Of a stretch of 64,000 nt of DNA, positions 10,401 to 19,402 are shown piece after piece. The notes beneath the pieces were generated by a model, which saw nothing but the letters and a program-made list of their open reading frames with translations, was not told the origin of the DNA and made no database searches. Location: NCBI GenBank assembly GCA_038253355.1, contig JBBSHF010000001.1, positions 933 to 64,932 on the forward strand. Direction: 5' to 3'. The position numbers and the translations under genes are program-made. The number at the start of each line of letters is the position of its first letter. The stretch's first letter is position 1. This DNA is from Candidatus Limnocylindria bacterium. Its GTDB lineage: Bacteria > Chloroflexota > Limnocylindria > QHBO01.

Positions 10401-10929
10401 AGAGCTGCTCGGACGACTGGACGCCGAGATCGCCGACAAGTTCAACCTGGCCTTCTCGGCGATCGGCGATCGCTTCGACGAGTTCTACCGGCTCCTCTTC
10501 GCCGGGGGTTCGGCGGCGCTGCAGATGAGCGACGACAGCGACGGCAGCGACGGAATCGACGGCGAGTCGCCTGGCGGTATCGAGATCGTGGTGCGTCCGC
10601 CCGGCAAGCGGCCGCAGCGACTGGCCATGCTCTCCGGTGGAGAGCGCGCGCTGACCGGCGTGGCGCTGCTCTTCGCCATGCTGAGCGTCAATCCAGTCCC
10701 GTTCTGCATTCTCGACGAGGTGGATGCTGCGCTCGACGAGGCGAACATCGGCCGCTTTGCCGATGCGCTGCGCAAACTCAGTGAGACGATCGACTTCGTG
10801 GTGATCACCCACAACCGCGCGACCATGGAGGTGGCCGACACGATCTACGGCGTGACCATGACCGATGCGGCCGTGAGCCGCATCCTGTCCCTGCGCCTGA
10901 CCGATCTGCCGGTCGAGGTGCATGCCTAG
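7411..10929 (+). CDS. smc: Chromosome segregation protein SMC
   Basis: N-terminal Walker A GPNGSGKSN; very long Ala/Arg/Glu-rich coiled coil; C-terminal LSGGERALTGVALLFAM...ILDEVDAALD signature. GTG start overlaps the rnc stop (GTGA). Confidence 0.9.
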   Translation: MSRLRELRLHGFKTFADPTRFVFEPGVNAVIGPNGSGKSNMADAVRWVLGEQSNRSLRTRRADDVIFAGSQHRQPQGMAEAVLTLDNADGWLPIDFGEVSIGRRAYRSGESEYLINGARARLRDVVELLGEGRLGANELVVVGQGTVDAALSLRPEERRQLFEEAAGVKGLQVRKNEAMARLAKARDNLTRITDLIGELRPQVRRLSAQAQHQQEHDGLLLHARALVGESHRRRERAARAGLGEVRRRAAAAEAALESLRAEQQAGQAEQQAAEERYWQAEAAARAAAEQRESTREALIRAESRSDAMAARREELRAAIELGDRELAAARRARAGLVEMAPEAEIAAVLARSTAAEGDWQGTIAMLAAADAELLAAEDALAEARLRDAERLAADARRRETLSATLARRERLERDLAAQGEMLARSQAAVEAARTALSAADAQEDAAHRRMLAVQAALATAQQAADATRLRAAQLAGQAETVRGELAALRERTEGGNRLGALLAAGGWSTLLDAVAAPEETWPAIEALVGGELGEALLWRDQELSGDLDVGRGVARLLAGGPAAAGRSAAAEREAALRAVGATRTVAEWAGAADVPAIFHRAVVAADLAALLRGWRDLPAGWSAVTVQGDLADARGVLTLRGRAEPAGGSAARAHARRRELAERMEALSAEELQAAATTEGAASELERLRRELAEVRHAHEEAERVTRRARAEADLVQANRERGEREAAELDTQLRRARAAEATAGSTPDARTPGDGQLDRLTLAVVEARRRRDTVAAERDSARAGWQEARAAAEAVETSSVGQRRERGLLEARVVQHEAALPTQRAVLATIEQESTTAGDLLAAAHTRDGLAARARAAADAERERLRAELLAKERGSGAAAARFGELERDAQASAIEASRQEDALSALERERELALESLPEADEPSTVGQSPESEDPQLFGMDEASLDTELRRVRRTLGQIGSVNPFAVEEHRELAARLDDVSTQDGDLRGAIGSTEELLGRLDAEIADKFNLAFSAIGDRFDEFYRLLFAGGSAALQMSDDSDGSDGIDGESPGGIEIVVRPPGKRPQRLAMLSGGERALTGVALLFAMLSVNPVPFCILDEVDAALDEANIGRFADALRKLSETIDFVVITHNRATMEVADTIYGVTMTDAAVSRILSLRLTDLPVEVHA

Positions 10930-11928
10930 ATGTTCCGCCGCCGCCGCACCGAAGGCGCGCCTCCGCCGGATGCGCCGGATGAGCCGCTGGCTGCCCAGCC
11001 GATGACCGTCGCGCGGCCGCGCCGCGAGCCGAGTGGCATGGGGCTGCGCGGCCGGCCGAGCGGCCTGGGTGCTCGCCTGCGCTCGATCCTGGGTGTCGCC
11101 ACTCCGGCTGGCGAGGCGACCTGGGACGAGATCGAGGAGGCGCTCATCGGCGCGGACGTCGGCCCGACGACCAGCCTGGAGCTGATCGACGCGGCGCGCG
11201 AGCGCTATCGGCGCAGCGGCGGCCGCACCGGCGACGACGTGCGCCGCCTTCTCGCCGACGAGGTCCGCGAGCGGCTCGAGCGAGTCGGCTCGGGACGCTT
11301 CGAGCTGGGTTCGGCACCATCGGTCATTCTCTTCGTGGGCGTCAACGGCACGGGCAAGACGACCACCATCGCCAAGCTGGCTGCGCGTCTGAAGGCGGAG
11401 GGTCACAGCCTGCTGCTGGCGGCGGGCGACACCTTCCGGGCGGCCGCGATCGAGCAGTTGCGCATCTGGGGCGAGCAGGTCGGCGTGCCCGTCGTCGCTC
11501 AGCGAGCCGGAGCCGATCCGAGCGCGGTCGCCTTCGATGCGTTGACGGCCGCCGAGTCGCGTGGCACCGAGGTGGTGCTGATCGACACCGCCGGGCGGTT
11601 GCACAACAAGACGCAGCTGATGGCCGAGCTGACCAAGATGCGGCGGGTGATCGAGCGGCGGCTGCCCGGCCAGCCGCGTCATGTGCTGCTGGTCCTGGAC
11701 GCGACGACCGGGCAGAACGGGCTCGCCCAGGCCGAGACGTTCAGCGCCGAGGCCGGGATCACCGGGATCGTGCTCACCAAGCTGGACGGGACCGCCAGGG
11801 CCGGCGTGGCGGTGGCCATCGCCAGCCGGCTGGGCGTGCCGATCGTCTTCGTCGGCGTCGGCGAGGAGCTCGACGCGCTCGCGCCGTTCGATCCCGCCTC
11901 GTACGTGGAGTGGCTCTTCGCCGCCTGA
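10930..11928 (+). CDS. ftsY: Signal recognition particle receptor FtsY
   Basis: SRP GTPase NG domain: GVNGTGKTTTIAKLA, DTFRAAA, DTAGR, TKLDGTA. Confidence 0.9.
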   Translation: MFRRRRTEGAPPPDAPDEPLAAQPMTVARPRREPSGMGLRGRPSGLGARLRSILGVATPAGEATWDEIEEALIGADVGPTTSLELIDAARERYRRSGGRTGDDVRRLLADEVRERLERVGSGRFELGSAPSVILFVGVNGTGKTTTIAKLAARLKAEGHSLLLAAGDTFRAAAIEQLRIWGEQVGVPVVAQRAGADPSAVAFDALTAAESRGTEVVLIDTAGRLHNKTQLMAELTKMRRVIERRLPGQPRHVLLVLDATTGQNGLAQAETFSAEAGITGIVLTKLDGTARAGVAVAIASRLGVPIVFVGVGEELDALAPFDPASYVEWLFAA

Positions 11929-12028
11929 GGGGCCCGACGCGTTGCCGCTCGACCCGACCGGTAGTAGCATGGGCCGCCGCGCGCCGGTCGCCCGGCGCGA
12001 CTGATTGTCAGCCCGCATCGGTCCACCC

Positions 12029-13363
12029 ATGTTCGAGTCCCTATCCGCGCGGCTGCAGAGCGTCACCGAGCGCCTCCGCGGCAAGGCGAAGATCACCGAG
12101 GCCGACCTCGACGTCGCGCTGCGCGAGATCCGCCTGGCGTTGCTGGAGGCGGACGTCAACTTCAAGGTCGTCAAGCCGTTCGTGGCGCATGTCCGCGAGC
12201 GCGCGCTCGGCAGCGAGGTCCTGACCGGGCTGCATCCCGGCCAACACGTCGTCAAGATCGTCCACGACGAGCTGGTTGCCACGCTCGGTGGGGAGCAGCA
12301 TGTCCTGCAGCTCGCCGAGAAACCGTCGGTTCTGATGCTGATCGGGCTGCAGGGATCGGGCAAGACGACGACCGCGGCCAAGCTGGCCGTGCGCCTGCGC
12401 CAGGAGGGCCGCAAGCCGCTGCTGGTGGCGGCCGATGTATACCGGCCCGCGGCCGTCGATCAGCTCGTGCAGCTCGGCGACCAGATCGGGATCGAGGTCC
12501 ATAGTCGCCCGCTCGGCACACCTGCGCTCGAGGTCGCGCGCAGCGGCCTCGAGGATGCTCGCCAGCGCGGCTTCGACCTCGTCATCGTGGACACCGCCGG
12601 GCGGCTGCACGTCGACGAGCCGATGATGGACGAGCTGGTGCGGATCGTCGGCGTGGTGACGCCGGCCGAGACGCTGCTGGTGGTCGACGCGATGACGGGC
12701 CAGGAAGCGGTGCGCGTGGCGGAGGCATTCCACGCTCGGCTGCCGGTCACCGGGCTGGTGCTCACCAAGATGGACGGCGACGCGCGCGGTGGCGCGGCGC
12801 TCTCGATTCGGCAGACGACCGGCCTGCCCATCAGCTTCATCGGTACCGGTGAACGGACCGACGGGCTCGAGCCGTTCCATCCCGACCGGCTCGCTCAGCG
12901 GATCCTGGGCATGGGTGACATCCTGTCGCTGGTCGAGCGCGTTCAGGAGAACGTCGACCAGGTGGAGGCAGAACGCGTCGCGCAGCGCATGATGGAGGCG
13001 CGCTTCACGCTCGAGGACTTCCGCAGCCAGCTGCAGCAGATCAAGAAGATGGGACCCATCGGCCAAGTGCTGCAGCTGATCCCCGGCGCCGGGCAGATGG
13101 CCAGTGCCGCGCAGCAGGCGGTCGACGACGGCCAGCTGAAGCGGATCGAGGCGGTCATCGACTCGATGACGACCCAGGAGCGCCGCCGTCCCGAGCTCAT
13201 CAAGGCCAGCCGTCGTCGGCGCATCGCGCTCGGCAGCGGCACTTCGACCGCGGAGGTCAACCGCGTGCTGAAGCAGTTCGGCGAGATGCAGCGCCTGATG
13301 AAGCAGCTCGGCGGCCGGCTGCCGAAGCTGGGCGGCGGCCTCAGCGGTCTCTTCGGTCGTTAG
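12029..13363 (+). CDS. ffh: Signal recognition particle protein Ffh
   Basis: MFESLSARLQ N-terminus, GLQGSGKTTTAAKLA, DTAGR, TKMDGDARGG, and an M-domain with the GMGD motif. Confidence 0.9.
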   Translation: MFESLSARLQSVTERLRGKAKITEADLDVALREIRLALLEADVNFKVVKPFVAHVRERALGSEVLTGLHPGQHVVKIVHDELVATLGGEQHVLQLAEKPSVLMLIGLQGSGKTTTAAKLAVRLRQEGRKPLLVAADVYRPAAVDQLVQLGDQIGIEVHSRPLGTPALEVARSGLEDARQRGFDLVIVDTAGRLHVDEPMMDELVRIVGVVTPAETLLVVDAMTGQEAVRVAEAFHARLPVTGLVLTKMDGDARGGAALSIRQTTGLPISFIGTGERTDGLEPFHPDRLAQRILGMGDILSLVERVQENVDQVEAERVAQRMMEARFTLEDFRSQLQQIKKMGPIGQVLQLIPGAGQMASAAQQAVDDGQLKRIEAVIDSMTTQERRRPELIKASRRRRIALGSGTSTAEVNRVLKQFGEMQRLMKQLGGRLPKLGGGLSGLFGR

Positions 13364-13380
13364 GGACGGTTCGGAGCCGC

Positions 13381-14946
13381 ATGCATCGCCTGGTCATCGC
13401 GCTCACCGCGCTCCTGACGCTGGCCGGCGCCGTGGTCGTCGGCGGCTACCTGGCCTTCTTCAGCGCATCGACCGATCGCGCCGCAGCGGCGGTCCCGGCC
13501 GATGCACCGATCTACCTGAGCATCTATCTGCAGCCTTCGGCCGGGCAGCAGATGAACCTCGGCCGGCTGATCGGCCGGCTGCCCGGCTTCGGCGACGAGG
13601 CCGCGCTGAACACCAAGATCGACGAGGCCGTGCAGCAGCTGCTGACGGGCCGCGGCTTCGACTATCGGCGTGACCTGAAGCCGTGGCTGGGCGACCAACT
13701 GGCCGTGGCGGTGACGCCGCAGGGTGCCAAACTGGGAGACGCGCAGGTGCTCGTGCTCGCCTCGGTCAAGGACCGCGCCGCAGCTGCTGCGGCGCTGGCG
13801 CGGCTGAGCTCAGTGGAGGGCGCCAAACCGTCAGAGGAGACGCATGCCGGCGTGACGCTGACCATCGGCCCATCGAACGCGTATGCATTCCTCGACGATG
13901 GCAGCCTGGTGGCTATCGGTCGCGATGCCGCACAGGTCAATGCAGCGATCGACGCCAGCTCGGGCGCACGTCCCTCGCTCGCCAAGCAGGCAGCCTTCGG
14001 TACGGCGATGGCCGCCCTGCCGAGCGATCGTCTCGCGTCGGCGTATCTCGATCTCGACCGCCTGGCCAGCGCGGCGGAGATGCCCGGTCAGCTCGAGGGG
14101 TTCTCGACCGCCAGCCTGGCGCTCGTTGCGCAGCCTGAGGGGGTCGAGCTGGTCGGGAGCGCGCCGTTCGACCAGCGCGTGGCGGGCCAATCGCAGCGCG
14201 CCGGCTTCGCGCTTTCGGGTGAGCCGTCCAGCCTCTCGGCCTGGATGCCAGCCACGACCCAGGCTGAGGCAGTGGTCTTCGGCCTGCGCGGCCTGCTGGA
14301 GAGCGCCGAAGCGCGCATCGGGCAGCAGCCGGGCGCCGAGAGCCTGGCGCAGAACATCACCCGGCTGCGGGCCATCGTGGCGTTCGGGCTGGGCCTCAAC
14401 GTCGATACGGACATCCTGCCGCTGCTCGACCGGGAGACCGGGCTGGCGTTGACCAGTGTCGGTCCGGGAGTACCGCGCGGCCAGCTGCTGCTGCGACCGA
14501 GCGACGCCGCGGCGGCGCAGCGGGCGCTGGAGCGCATCCGCGCGGCGCTCACCAGCCGCGGCGCACGGACGACGTTGCGGCAGGACGCCTCGGCGGTGAT
14601 CACCACCGTCGAGGTGCCACAGATCGGCAGCGTGTCGTACGCGCTCACCGATGGCGTCGTCGTCCTGGCCCTCATGCCCGATGACGTGGCTGCGGCATTG
14701 GCTGCCCGCGCCGGCGGCGAGGCGCTTGCCGGATCGGGTGGCTATCGGAGCACATTTGAGGCTGTGGGCGGTCGCGGCGGCAGCGAGCTGTACGTCGATC
14801 TTCCGCGCGCCCTGAGCGCGAGCGGGTTGCGAATCGACCTCCCGGCCCAGACACGCGATATGCTCACCCATGTCAGCGCGGTCGGATTGACGCTGCCCGC
14901 CCGCGCCGATCGCATCGAGTTTCATCTGATCGTGACCATCCACTGA
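13381..14946 (+). CDS. Membrane-anchored hypothetical protein (DUF3352-like)
   Basis: N-terminal TM helix (LVIALTALLTLAGAVVVGGYLAFF) followed by a large Ala-rich extracytoplasmic domain. Family assignment is from memory only. Confidence 0.5.
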   Translation: MHRLVIALTALLTLAGAVVVGGYLAFFSASTDRAAAAVPADAPIYLSIYLQPSAGQQMNLGRLIGRLPGFGDEAALNTKIDEAVQQLLTGRGFDYRRDLKPWLGDQLAVAVTPQGAKLGDAQVLVLASVKDRAAAAAALARLSSVEGAKPSEETHAGVTLTIGPSNAYAFLDDGSLVAIGRDAAQVNAAIDASSGARPSLAKQAAFGTAMAALPSDRLASAYLDLDRLASAAEMPGQLEGFSTASLALVAQPEGVELVGSAPFDQRVAGQSQRAGFALSGEPSSLSAWMPATTQAEAVVFGLRGLLESAEARIGQQPGAESLAQNITRLRAIVAFGLGLNVDTDILPLLDRETGLALTSVGPGVPRGQLLLRPSDAAAAQRALERIRAALTSRGARTTLRQDASAVITTVEVPQIGSVSYALTDGVVVLALMPDDVAAALAARAGGEALAGSGGYRSTFEAVGGRGGSELYVDLPRALSASGLRIDLPAQTRDMLTHVSAVGLTLPARADRIEFHLIVTIH

Positions 14947-14999
14947 GCGCGACAATCAACGAAGTTCGCAATCGACCGCAACAGAGAGGTAAGCATCAC

Positions 15000-15344
15000 T
15001 TGGCAGTTCGCATCCGATTGACGCGCGTGGGGGCCACCAAGCGGCCCTCCTATCGCGTCATCGCCATTGACAGCCGTCGTGCCCGCGACGGACGGGCCCT
15101 GGAGATCCTGGGCTTCTACGATCCGCTGACCGATCCCGCCACCGTGCAGATCGACGCCGACCGGCTGACCGCCTGGATCGACAAGGGTGCGCTGCCGTCC
15201 GAGACCGTCTCGAAGCTGATGCGCCAGGCCGGCATCGGCAAGGAGGCGACGGCCGGCGCCAGCGAGACCAATGCGCCGAGCAAGTCGACCGCCAGGCCGC
15301 GCGCACGCAAGCCGAAGGCTGGCGAAGCGACGGCCGCGAAGTGA
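15000..15344 (+). CDS. rpsP: 30S ribosomal protein S16
   Basis: (M)AVRIRLTRVGATKRPSYRVIAIDSRRARDGRALEILGFYDP. TTG start with GAGAGGT RBS. Basic C-terminal extension. Confidence 0.9.
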   Translation: MAVRIRLTRVGATKRPSYRVIAIDSRRARDGRALEILGFYDPLTDPATVQIDADRLTAWIDKGALPSETVSKLMRQAGIGKEATAGASETNAPSKSTARPRARKPKAGEATAAK

Positions 15345-15577
15345 AGGAGTTCCTCGACTACGTCGCCCGCTCGCTGGTGGACAATCCCGACGGCATTCAC
15401 ATCGACATCGAGGAGCGAGACGATCAGGTCGACCTGACCCTCGCCGTGGACGAGACCGACATGGGCCGCGTCATCGGCCGCGACGGTCGCATCGCCAATG
15501 CCATCCGCAGCCTGCTGCGCGTCATGGGCGCGCGGGACGGACGTCATGTTGAGCTGGAGATCGTCGCAAACGACTGA
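15341..15577 (+). CDS. KH-domain RNA-binding protein (UPF0109/YlqC family)
   Basis: GRVIGRDGRIANAIRSL KH motif. Conserved position between rpsP and rimM. GTGA overlap with rpsP. Confidence 0.8.
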   Translation: MKEFLDYVARSLVDNPDGIHIDIEERDDQVDLTLAVDETDMGRVIGRDGRIANAIRSLLRVMGARDGRHVELEIVAND

Positions 15578-16061
15578 GCGTCTGGCCGTCGCGCGGGTCA
15601 CCGGCGCCAAGGGGCTGCGGGGCTCGTTGCGCATCGAGCCGCTCACCGACTGGCCGGAGCGCCTGGCGCGTGGCGCCGAGATCTTCGTCGAGGATGAGGC
15701 TGAACCGCGGCGCATTGTCGAAGTGCAGTGGGGCGGCCGCGTGCCGAGCCTGTCCATCGATCTGGTGACCACGCGCGAGGCCGCCGAGGCGCTGGTCGGT
15801 CGCTACCTGGAGGTCGAGGCGCGCGAGCTGCCGGCCGGCAGCTACTACTGGCACCAGCTCGAGGGCCTGCACGTGACCGATGAGGCGGGCACCGAGCTCG
15901 GCACGCTGACCGAGGTCTTTCGGGCCGGCGAGAACGAGGTCTACCGCATCGAAGGCGGACCCGACGGCGAGCTGCTCGTCCCGGCCCTGCGCGACGTCAT
16001 CCGCGAGGTGAACATCGACGCGGGGCGCATGGTCGTGCGCTACGAGACCGAGGATGTCTGA
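15546..16061 (+). CDS. rimM: Ribosome maturation factor RimM
   Basis: [18 protein letters not shown]-terminal motif and a PRC barrel at the C-terminus. Start at the first conserved M; the ORF is open upstream. Confidence 0.8.
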   Translation: MLSWRSSQTTERLAVARVTGAKGLRGSLRIEPLTDWPERLARGAEIFVEDEAEPRRIVEVQWGGRVPSLSIDLVTTREAAEALVGRYLEVEARELPAGSYYWHQLEGLHVTDEAGTELGTLTEVFRAGENEVYRIEGGPDGELLVPALRDVIREVNIDAGRMVVRYETEDV

Positions 16062-16818
16062 GCCCGAGGCGACCGAGCGCCTGCGGATCGAGGTGGTGAC
16101 CCTCTTTCCAGAGCTGTTCGATGCGCCGCTGCACGCCTCGGTGATCGGCAGGGCCGTTGAGCGCGGCATCATTCGCTTCGACGTGCATGACCTGCGCGAG
16201 CATGGGCTGGGTCGTCATCGGTCTGTCGACGACTACCCATACGGCGGGGGAGCGGGCATGGTCATCCGCCCCGAGCCGCTGTACGCGGCGATCGAGCCGC
16301 TGCGCGACGCCGGCGCCCAGGTCATCCTGCTGGATCCTGCCGGAGAACGCCTGACCGACGCGCTGGCGCGTGAGCTTGCCGTCCTGCCACACCTGGCCCT
16401 GGTGTGCGGCCGCTACGAAGGCGTTGATGAGCGTGCGCGCGGGATGGCGGACCGTGAGGTGAGCATCGGCGACTACGTGCTCACCGGCGGCGAGCTGCCG
16501 GCCCTGGTGCTCATCGATGCGCTGGCCCGGCTGGTGCCGGGCGTCATCGAGGCCGATTCTCACGAGGGCGATTCGTTCGCCGCTGGCCTGCTCGAGTATC
16601 CGCAGTACACGCGCCCCGAATCATTCCGCGGCATGGAGGTGCCGCCGGTGCTGCTCTCCGGCCATCACGGCGAGGTCGATCGCTGGCGCCGTCGCGAGGC
16701 GTTGCGGCGCACCCTGGAGCGGCGTCCCGACCTGCTGGCCCATGCGCCGCTCAGCGATGCCGACAAGCGCATCCTCGACGATCTGCGCGGGGGCGGCGAC
16801 CACCAGCCACCGGGGTAG
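16054..16818 (+). CDS. trmD: tRNA (guanine37-N1)-methyltransferase TrmD
   Basis: [24 protein letters not shown] and [11 protein letters not shown] motifs. Confidence 0.9.
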   Translation: MSEPEATERLRIEVVTLFPELFDAPLHASVIGRAVERGIIRFDVHDLREHGLGRHRSVDDYPYGGGAGMVIRPEPLYAAIEPLRDAGAQVILLDPAGERLTDALARELAVLPHLALVCGRYEGVDERARGMADREVSIGDYVLTGGELPALVLIDALARLVPGVIEADSHEGDSFAAGLLEYPQYTRPESFRGMEVPPVLLSGHHGEVDRWRRREALRRTLERRPDLLAHAPLSDADKRILDDLRGGGDHQPPG

Positions 16819-16819
16819 T

Positions 16820-16849
16820 TTGCGACGGCTCCGGCCGCGTTGCTATACT
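16820..16849 (+). promoter_or_regulatory. rplS promoter candidate: -35 TTGCGA (16820-16825), 18-nt spacer, extended -10 TGcTATACT (16841-16849)
   Basis: Near-consensus hexamers, correct spacing, and a CCGC discriminator. Confidence 0.5.
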
Positions 16850-16853
16850 CCGC

Positions 16854-16882
16854 GGCGTCGCGACCGCTGCGGTTGCGACGCC
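16854..16882 (+). promoter_or_regulatory. rplS 5' leader inverted repeat (GGCGTCGCGACC-gctgc-GGTTGCGACGCC), a possible L19 autoregulatory hairpin
   Basis: 12-bp arms with one mismatch, immediately downstream of the -10 and inside a ~115-nt leader. Confidence 0.4.
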
Positions 16883-16966
16883 CCATGTGCGCCTCGGCCA
16901 CGCGGCAGGCACGCTCATGCCATTGGTAAGCCGCGGGTAATGCCGCAGTAATGAGGTCGCCCTAGG

Positions 16967-17317
16967 ATGAACGTCATCAAGGAGCTCGAGCGCGAGCAGC
17001 TCCGGAGCGACGTACCAGAGATCGCTCCCGGCGACACGGTGCGCGTCTCGGTCAAGGTCGTCGAGGGTAGCCGAGAGCGGATCCAGGTCTTCGAGGGTAC
17101 CGTCATGCGCATGCGCAACGGCGGCCTGAACAAGTCGATCACCGTGCGCCGTATCGCCAGCGGCGTCGGGGTGGAGCGCACCTTCATGGTGCATGCACCG
17201 CGCATCGACAAGATCGAGGTGGTTCGTCACGGTGTTGCTCGTCGAGCGCAGCTCTTCTTCCTCCGCGGTCGCGTCGGAAAGTCGGCAACGCTGCGCGAGC
17301 GTCGTCCCGGCCGCTGA
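16967..17317 (+). CDS. rplS: 50S ribosomal protein L19
   Basis: [12 protein letters not shown]...[25 protein letters not shown]...ITVRRI. Confidence 0.9.
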   Translation: MNVIKELEREQLRSDVPEIAPGDTVRVSVKVVEGSRERIQVFEGTVMRMRNGGLNKSITVRRIASGVGVERTFMVHAPRIDKIEVVRHGVARRAQLFFLRGRVGKSATLRERRPGR

Positions 17318-17321
17318 CCTG

Positions 17322-18068
17322 ATGACCGATCTCCGTTGGGGATCGGTGGCTCCCCGACCCGGCGCCCGTCGCCGCAAGCACTCGCCGCCGCGTGACGCGC
17401 ACATGCGCCACGAGCGGGAGCTCCGCCTGGCTGGCTTCCAGCGCATCGCCGGCCTGGACGAGGTCGGGCGCGGCTCGCTCGCTGGCCCGGTGGTCGCCGC
17501 CGCGGTGATGCTTCCCGAGCGTCATCGGATCAAGGGGCTGCGCGACTCGAAGGTGCTCGCCCGATCTCGCCGTGAAGCGCTCTACGAGCTCATCCTGGAC
17601 CGCGCCGATGGTGTCGGCGTCGGCTGCGTGGAGGTTGACGTGATCGACGCGATCAATATCCTGCAGGCCACCAAGCTTGCCATGGCACAGGCGCTCGACC
17701 GCCTGTGTGAGCCGCCGGATCACCTGGTCATCGATGCGCTGACGCTGCGCGAGGTCGACCTCCCACAGCGGGCGATCATCGACGGCGACGCGATTTCCGC
17801 TTCGATCGCTGCTGCGTCGATCGTCGCCAAGGTGACCCGCGATCGGATCTGCGACGAGCTGGACGAACGCTACCCGGCGTATGGCTTCACTCGGAACAAG
17901 GGCTACGGGACCCGTTTCCATTACGACGCCCTTGTCGCCGAGGGGCCCTGCGCCTGGCATCGACGCACCTTTGCGCCCATCCGCATGCTCCTCGCCGGCC
18001 GGCAGCTCTCGCTCGACCTGCTGCTCGAGGCGCCCGTGCACGAAGACGAGATCGACCTGCTCGACTGA
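17322..18068 (+). CDS. rnhB: Ribonuclease HII
   Basis: GLDEVGRGSLAGPVVAAAV active-site motif (D-E-D-D family); KGLRDSK. Confidence 0.85.
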   Translation: MTDLRWGSVAPRPGARRRKHSPPRDAHMRHERELRLAGFQRIAGLDEVGRGSLAGPVVAAAVMLPERHRIKGLRDSKVLARSRREALYELILDRADGVGVGCVEVDVIDAINILQATKLAMAQALDRLCEPPDHLVIDALTLREVDLPQRAIIDGDAISASIAAASIVAKVTRDRICDELDERYPAYGFTRNKGYGTRFHYDALVAEGPCAWHRRTFAPIRMLLAGRQLSLDLLLEAPVHEDEIDLLD

Positions 18069-18114
18069 TCCATCCTGTGGTTGCTCGCCTCCCGCGAAGG
18101 AGCCGACTGGACTC

Positions 18115-18486
18115 GTGGGCGACCCGCGTCACGACCTGGGCCTTGCCGCGGAGGCGGCGGTCGCGGCCTGGCTGGAAGCCGATGGCTGGCGCGTGCTCGC
18201 GCGCCGCTGGCGCGTTACCGAAGGCGAGCTCGACCTGGTCTGCCTTGACCCGTCCGCGATCCTCGTTGCGATCGAGGTGCGCGCGCGCCGGACGCCTCGT
18301 GCCGGCAGTGCCCTGGAGAGCATTGATCGCCGCCGCCTGCGGAGGCTGCGCGGCGCCCTCGGCCGCTACCTGGCGCTCGGCGCAGCGCCGCACGCCGGAG
18401 CGCGCATCGACCTGGTGACCGTCAGCCCTGAGCCGGGCACTGACCGCTGGCGGCTGGTGCGCCATCCATCGGTCGATGCCTGGTGA
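18115..18486 (+). CDS. yraN: YraN/UPF0102 family endonuclease
   Basis: GxxAEDLAAxYL-type N-terminus (GLAAEAAVAAWLEADGWRVLARRWR), GELDLV, and the conserved position after rnhB. GTG start with GAAGGAG RBS. Confidence 0.75.
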   Translation: MGDPRHDLGLAAEAAVAAWLEADGWRVLARRWRVTEGELDLVCLDPSAILVAIEVRARRTPRAGSALESIDRRRLRRLRGALGRYLALGAAPHAGARIDLVTVSPEPGTDRWRLVRHPSVDAW

Positions 18487-18490
18487 GGGG

Positions 18491-19402
18491 TTACGAGGCG
18501 AAGATCTTCTCGAGCAGCAGGATCGAGGCGATGTACGGCCGCGAGATCGGGTAGATCCCATGCCGATCGACTGCCGTCTGACCCTGGTAGTAGGCGGCCA
18601 GCACCTTCGCCTTGTCGCCGTGATAGCGATGCAGGTAATGCTGCAGGAGGCGCACGCCGGCCCGCACATTGTGATGCGCATTATGCGGATTGACCCGCTC
18701 GTTCAGCATTCCCGCGACCCACTCGGCGGTCGCTGGCAAGAGCTGCATGATCCCGATCGCCCCCGCGTAGCTCGTCACGCTCTGCTGCCACCCCGATTCC
18801 TGCCAGGCGACGGCCAGGGCAAACGCAGGTGCCACGTCAAAGCGTTTCGCTTCGGCCTCGATGACGCGCCGAACCGCGGCACGCCTGGCAACGGTCGAGG
18901 CCATGGCGCTCGACATGCCGATATGGGCCGCGGGCGTGGTCGCCCCGGGCCGGGCGGCACCCGCAGCGCCCGCCTTGGGTGGGATGCGCAGCACGCTGCC
19001 GATACGGATGAACGAGCGGTTGCCGATCCTGTTCGCGCTGACGATGGCCGAGATGGTCGTGCCGTGGCGTCGGGCGATCGAGGTGAGGGTGTCACCGAAG
19101 CGGACGCGATAGCTGCGCCAGCCAGCATTGCCGGAAGCCGCGGCTTTCTTGACCGTCGCCTTGCTGACGGGCGGGGAGACATGCAGTCGCTGACCGGCAT
19201 AGATGAGATCGGGATTGCGCAATCGATTCAGGGCCACGATGCGCGCGACGCTGGTGTGCTCGCGCCGGGCGATGGCGGTCAGCGTGTCGCCGACAGTCAC
19301 AACGACGTCGCGGGCGGCCACCGTGGCCACCAGCGGCGGCACGGCGGCCAGCATGCCGGTGAGTGCGCCGACGGCAAGCAGTCCTTTGAGGCGGGGGTGC
19401 AT
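18491..19402 (-). CDS. Secreted LysM-domain lytic transglycosylase (2x LysM + SLT domain)
   Basis: Signal peptide MHPRLKGLLAVGALTGMLAAV. Two LysM repeats (VGDTLTAIARRE..., RFGDTLTSIARRHG...). C-terminal SLT motifs ESGWQQ...GAIGIMQL...AYYQG. Confidence 0.8.
   Translation of the reverse strand: MHPRLKGLLAVGALTGMLAAVPPLVATVAARDVVVTVGDTLTAIARREHTSVARIVALNRLRNPDLIYAGQRLHVSPPVSKATVKKAAASGNAGWRSYRVRFGDTLTSIARRHGTTISAIVSANRIGNRSFIRIGSVLRIPPKAGAAGAARPGATTPAAHIGMSSAMASTVARRAAVRRVIEAEAKRFDVAPAFALAVAWQESGWQQSVTSYAGAIGIMQLLPATAEWVAGMLNERVNPHNAHHNVRAGVRLLQHYLHRYHGDKAKVLAAYYQGQTAVDRHGIYPISRPYIASILLLEKIFAS

Noticed and set aside
10186-12414. 742-codon minus-strand ORF antisense to ftsY/ffh
   Set aside because: Shadow ORF with no motifs; the opposite strand carries two well-supported SRP GTPases.
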